From Macrostomum lignano (taxonomy: Eukaryota): a stretch of 64,000 nt of DNA. This document shows positions 61,100 to 64,000 of this stretch, piece after piece. The notes under the pieces were generated by a model. The model did not search any database. It had not been told where the DNA came from and saw only the letters and a list, made by a program, of their open reading frames with translations. A program made the position numbers and the translations under genes. The first letter of the stretch is position 1, and the number at the start of each line of letters is the position of its first letter. The stretch is taken from the NCBI GenBank assembly GCA_002269645.1, contig NIVC01003949.1:3964-67963 (forward strand), written 5' to 3'.

Positions 61100-63235
61100 T
61101 TCTGTTTGTGGATCTAGCTCTATTTGTTTGTGGATCTAGCTGTATTTGTTTGTGGATCTAGCTCTATTTGTTTGTGGATCTAGCTGTATTTGTTTGTGGA
61201 TCTAGCTCTATTTGTTTGTGGATCTAGCTGTATTTGTTTGTGGATCTAGCTCTATTTGTTTGTGGATCTAGCTGTATTTGTTTGTGGATCTAGCTCTATT
61301 TGTTTGTGGATATAGCTGTATTTGTTTGTGGATCTAGCTCTATTTGTTTGTGGATCTAGCTGTATTTGTTTGTGGATCTAGCTGGTAATTGTTTGTGGAT
61401 CTAGCTGGTAATTGTTTGTGGATCTAGCTGTATTTGTTTGTGGATCTAGCTGTATTTGTTTGTGGATCTAGCTGTATTTGTTTGTGGATCTAGCTGGTAA
61501 TTGTTTGTGGATCTAGCTGGTAATTGTTAGTGGATCTAGCTGTATTTGTTTGTGGATGTAGCTGTATTTGTTTGTGGATATAGCTCTATTTGTTTGTGGA
61601 TCTAGCTGTATTTGTTTGTGGATCTAGCTGTATTTGTTTGTGGATCTAGCTGTATTTGTTTGTGGATCTAGCTGTATTTGTTTGTGGATGTAGCTCTATT
61701 TGTTTGTGGATCTAGCTGGTAATTGTTTGTGGATCTAGCCGTATTTGTTTGTGGATCTAGCTGTATTTGTTTGTGGATGTAGCTGTATTTGTTTGTGGAT
61801 ATAGCTCTATTTGTTTGTGGATCTAGCTGTATTTGTTTGTGGATCTAGCTGTATTTGTTTGTGGATCTAGCTGTATTTGTTTGTGGATGTAGCTGTATTT
61901 GTTTGTGGATATAGCTCTATTTGTTTGTGGATCTAGCTGTATTTGTTTGTGGATCTAGCTGTATTTGTTTGTGGATCTAGCTGTATTTGTTTGTGGATCT
62001 AACTGTATTTGTTTGTGGATCTAGCTGTATTTGTTTGTGGATCTAGCTGTATTTGTTTGTGGATCTAGCTGGTAATTGTTTGTGGATCTAGCCGTATTTG
62101 TTTGTGGATCTAGCTCTATTTGTTTGTGGATCTAGCTGTATTTGTTGTGGATCTAGCTGTATTTGTTTGTGGATCTAGCTGTATTTGTTTGTGGATCTAG
62201 CTGTATTTGTTTGTGGATATAGCTCTATTTGTTTGTGGATCTAGCTGGTAATTGTTAGTGGATCTAGCTGGTAATTGTTAGTGGATCTAGCTGCATTTGT
62301 TTGTGGATGTAGCTGGTAATTGTTAGTGGATCTAGCTGGTAATTGTTAGTGGATCTAGCTGTATTTGTTTGTGGATATAGCTCTATTTGTTTGTGGATCT
62401 AGCTGTATTTGTTTGTGGATCTAGCTGTATTTGTTTGTGGATATAGCTGTATTTGTTTGTGGATCTAGCTGTATTTGTTTGTGGATCTAGCTGTATTTGT
62501 TTGTGGATCTAGCTGTATTTGTTTGTGGATCTAGCTGTATTTGTTTGTGGATCTAGCTGTATTTGTTTGTGGATCTAGCTGGTAATTGTTAGTGGATCTA
62601 GCTGGTAATTGTTAGTGGATCTAGCTGTATTTGTTTGTGGATGTAGCTGTATTTGTTTGTGGATCTAGCTGTATTTGTTTGTGGATCTAGCTGTATTTGT
62701 TTGTGGATCTAGCTGCATTTGTTTGTGGATCTAGCTGTATTTGTTTGTGGATCTAGCTGGTAATTGTTAGTGGATCTAGCTGTATTTGTTTGTGGATCTA
62801 GCTGTATTTGTTAGTGGATCTAGCTGGTAGTTGTTAGTGGATCTAGCTGGTAATTGTTAGTGGATCTAGCTGGTAATTGTTAGTGGATCTAGCTGGTAAT
62901 TGTTAGTGGATCTAGCTGTATTTGTTTGTGGATGTAGCTGTATTTGTTTGTGGATATAGCTGTATTTGTTTGTGGATCTAGCTGTATTTGTTTGTGGATC
63001 TAGCTGTATTTGTTTGTGGATCTAGCTGTATTTGTTTGTGGATATAGCTGTATTTGTTTGTGGATATAGCTGTATTTGTTTGTGGATCTAGCTGTATTTG
63101 TTTGTGGATCTAACTGTATTTGTTTGTGGATCTAGCTGTATTTGTTTGTGAATCTAGCTGTATTTGTTTGTGGATCTAGCTGTATTTGTTTGTGATCTAG
63201 CTGCATTTGTTTGTGGATCTAGCTGCATTTGTTTG
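61100..63235. repeat. 22-bp minisatellite TGTATTTGTTTGTGGATCTAGC (about 97 units)
   Basis: Period 22 read directly. Confidence 0.96.
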
Positions 63236-63832
63236 TTGAGAATCGCAACTGCAGAAGATAGGGGAAGAACCCAGAGAACGGACGCCACAGAAGCAGATAG
63301 AGAATTATAGATGAAGGGAAAAACTGCCTCAGACGCAGGGATTCCCATGTCTGTCCGATCCTCTGGATCTTGAATCCCTTTTTGTGTCTCTCATCACCAA
63401 AGCTTAAGCAGCCAAAATCCCACAGAAGCAGTTTGGGATAAATTATTCACAGTTTTAGCCATCAGCATTCTGTGTAGATCCCAGAATTCCTTTCAGGGCG
63501 TGTTTCGCGCAGCTGGATGTGCAGTGACAGTTTAACGGGAAAACATGTCGTAAAAATGTGTATGCATAATGTATAATTAGTAATCTAATACAGCTTTGCT
63601 AACAGGAAATGTTTGCCATTTATTGACCTGGGCAATTGTTTCAGCTCAGCATCAGCTGTAAAGTCAAACTGAATTTCCGACGCAAAAAGATTTTTAATTA
63701 TTGATTGGGAAGGAAATACAGAGGCGTTAATGCGATAATTATTGCTGACCGTCAATAAGAATGATTTTGTGACAGGAAAACATTAAACACAAGCTGTTGC
63801 CGGACTCGCTGCACTAAATTGTCTGCAAATCT

Positions 63833-64000
<168 letters not shown>

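Noticed and set aside
23880-63235. CRISPR-like appearance of 21-42 bp periodic arrays
   Set aside because: Units are head-to-tail with no unique spacers, there are no cas genes, and the context is eukaryotic introns.

Overview
Metazoan (eukaryotic) genomic DNA. The GC- and Ala-rich exons, intronic minisatellites and RTE/Penelope/Merlin content suggest a free-living flatworm such as Macrostomum; this is inference, not a database result. The window has two contrasting halves. Bases 1-23 kb hold the first coding exon of a NEK4 kinase (minus strand), followed by about 22 kb of AT-rich, CpG-depleted transposon nest: a mariner relic, a Penelope-like retroelement with a fossil hammerhead ribozyme, a CACTA/EnSpm-type element interrupted by a young DD34D mariner, a Merlin element and a matching MITE, a tRNA-derived SINE, and an internally deleted RTE-like LINE. 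Bases 23-64 kb hold four host genes: an AFAP1-like two-PH-domain adaptor (+), a CUB-LDLa-TM receptor (+), an MS4A/CD20-like four-TM protein (+), and a Shaw/Kv3 potassium channel (-) whose T1 exon appears to lie beyond the window. Almost every intron of these genes is filled by its own 14-42 bp minisatellite. Best leads: (i) a CpG-decay boundary running through one retroelement that may mark a hidden 22-kb 5'UTR intron and a bidirectional promoter; (ii) a hAT-type MITE carrying a 21-bp VNTR present at about 4, 11 and 88 units in three copies; (iii) minisatellite families shared between distant introns and seated next to splice sites; (iv) a hammerhead whose three defects are all CpG transitions; (v) a frameshift in the conserved Shaw exon. 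All long repeat-derived ORFs in the track are artefacts.
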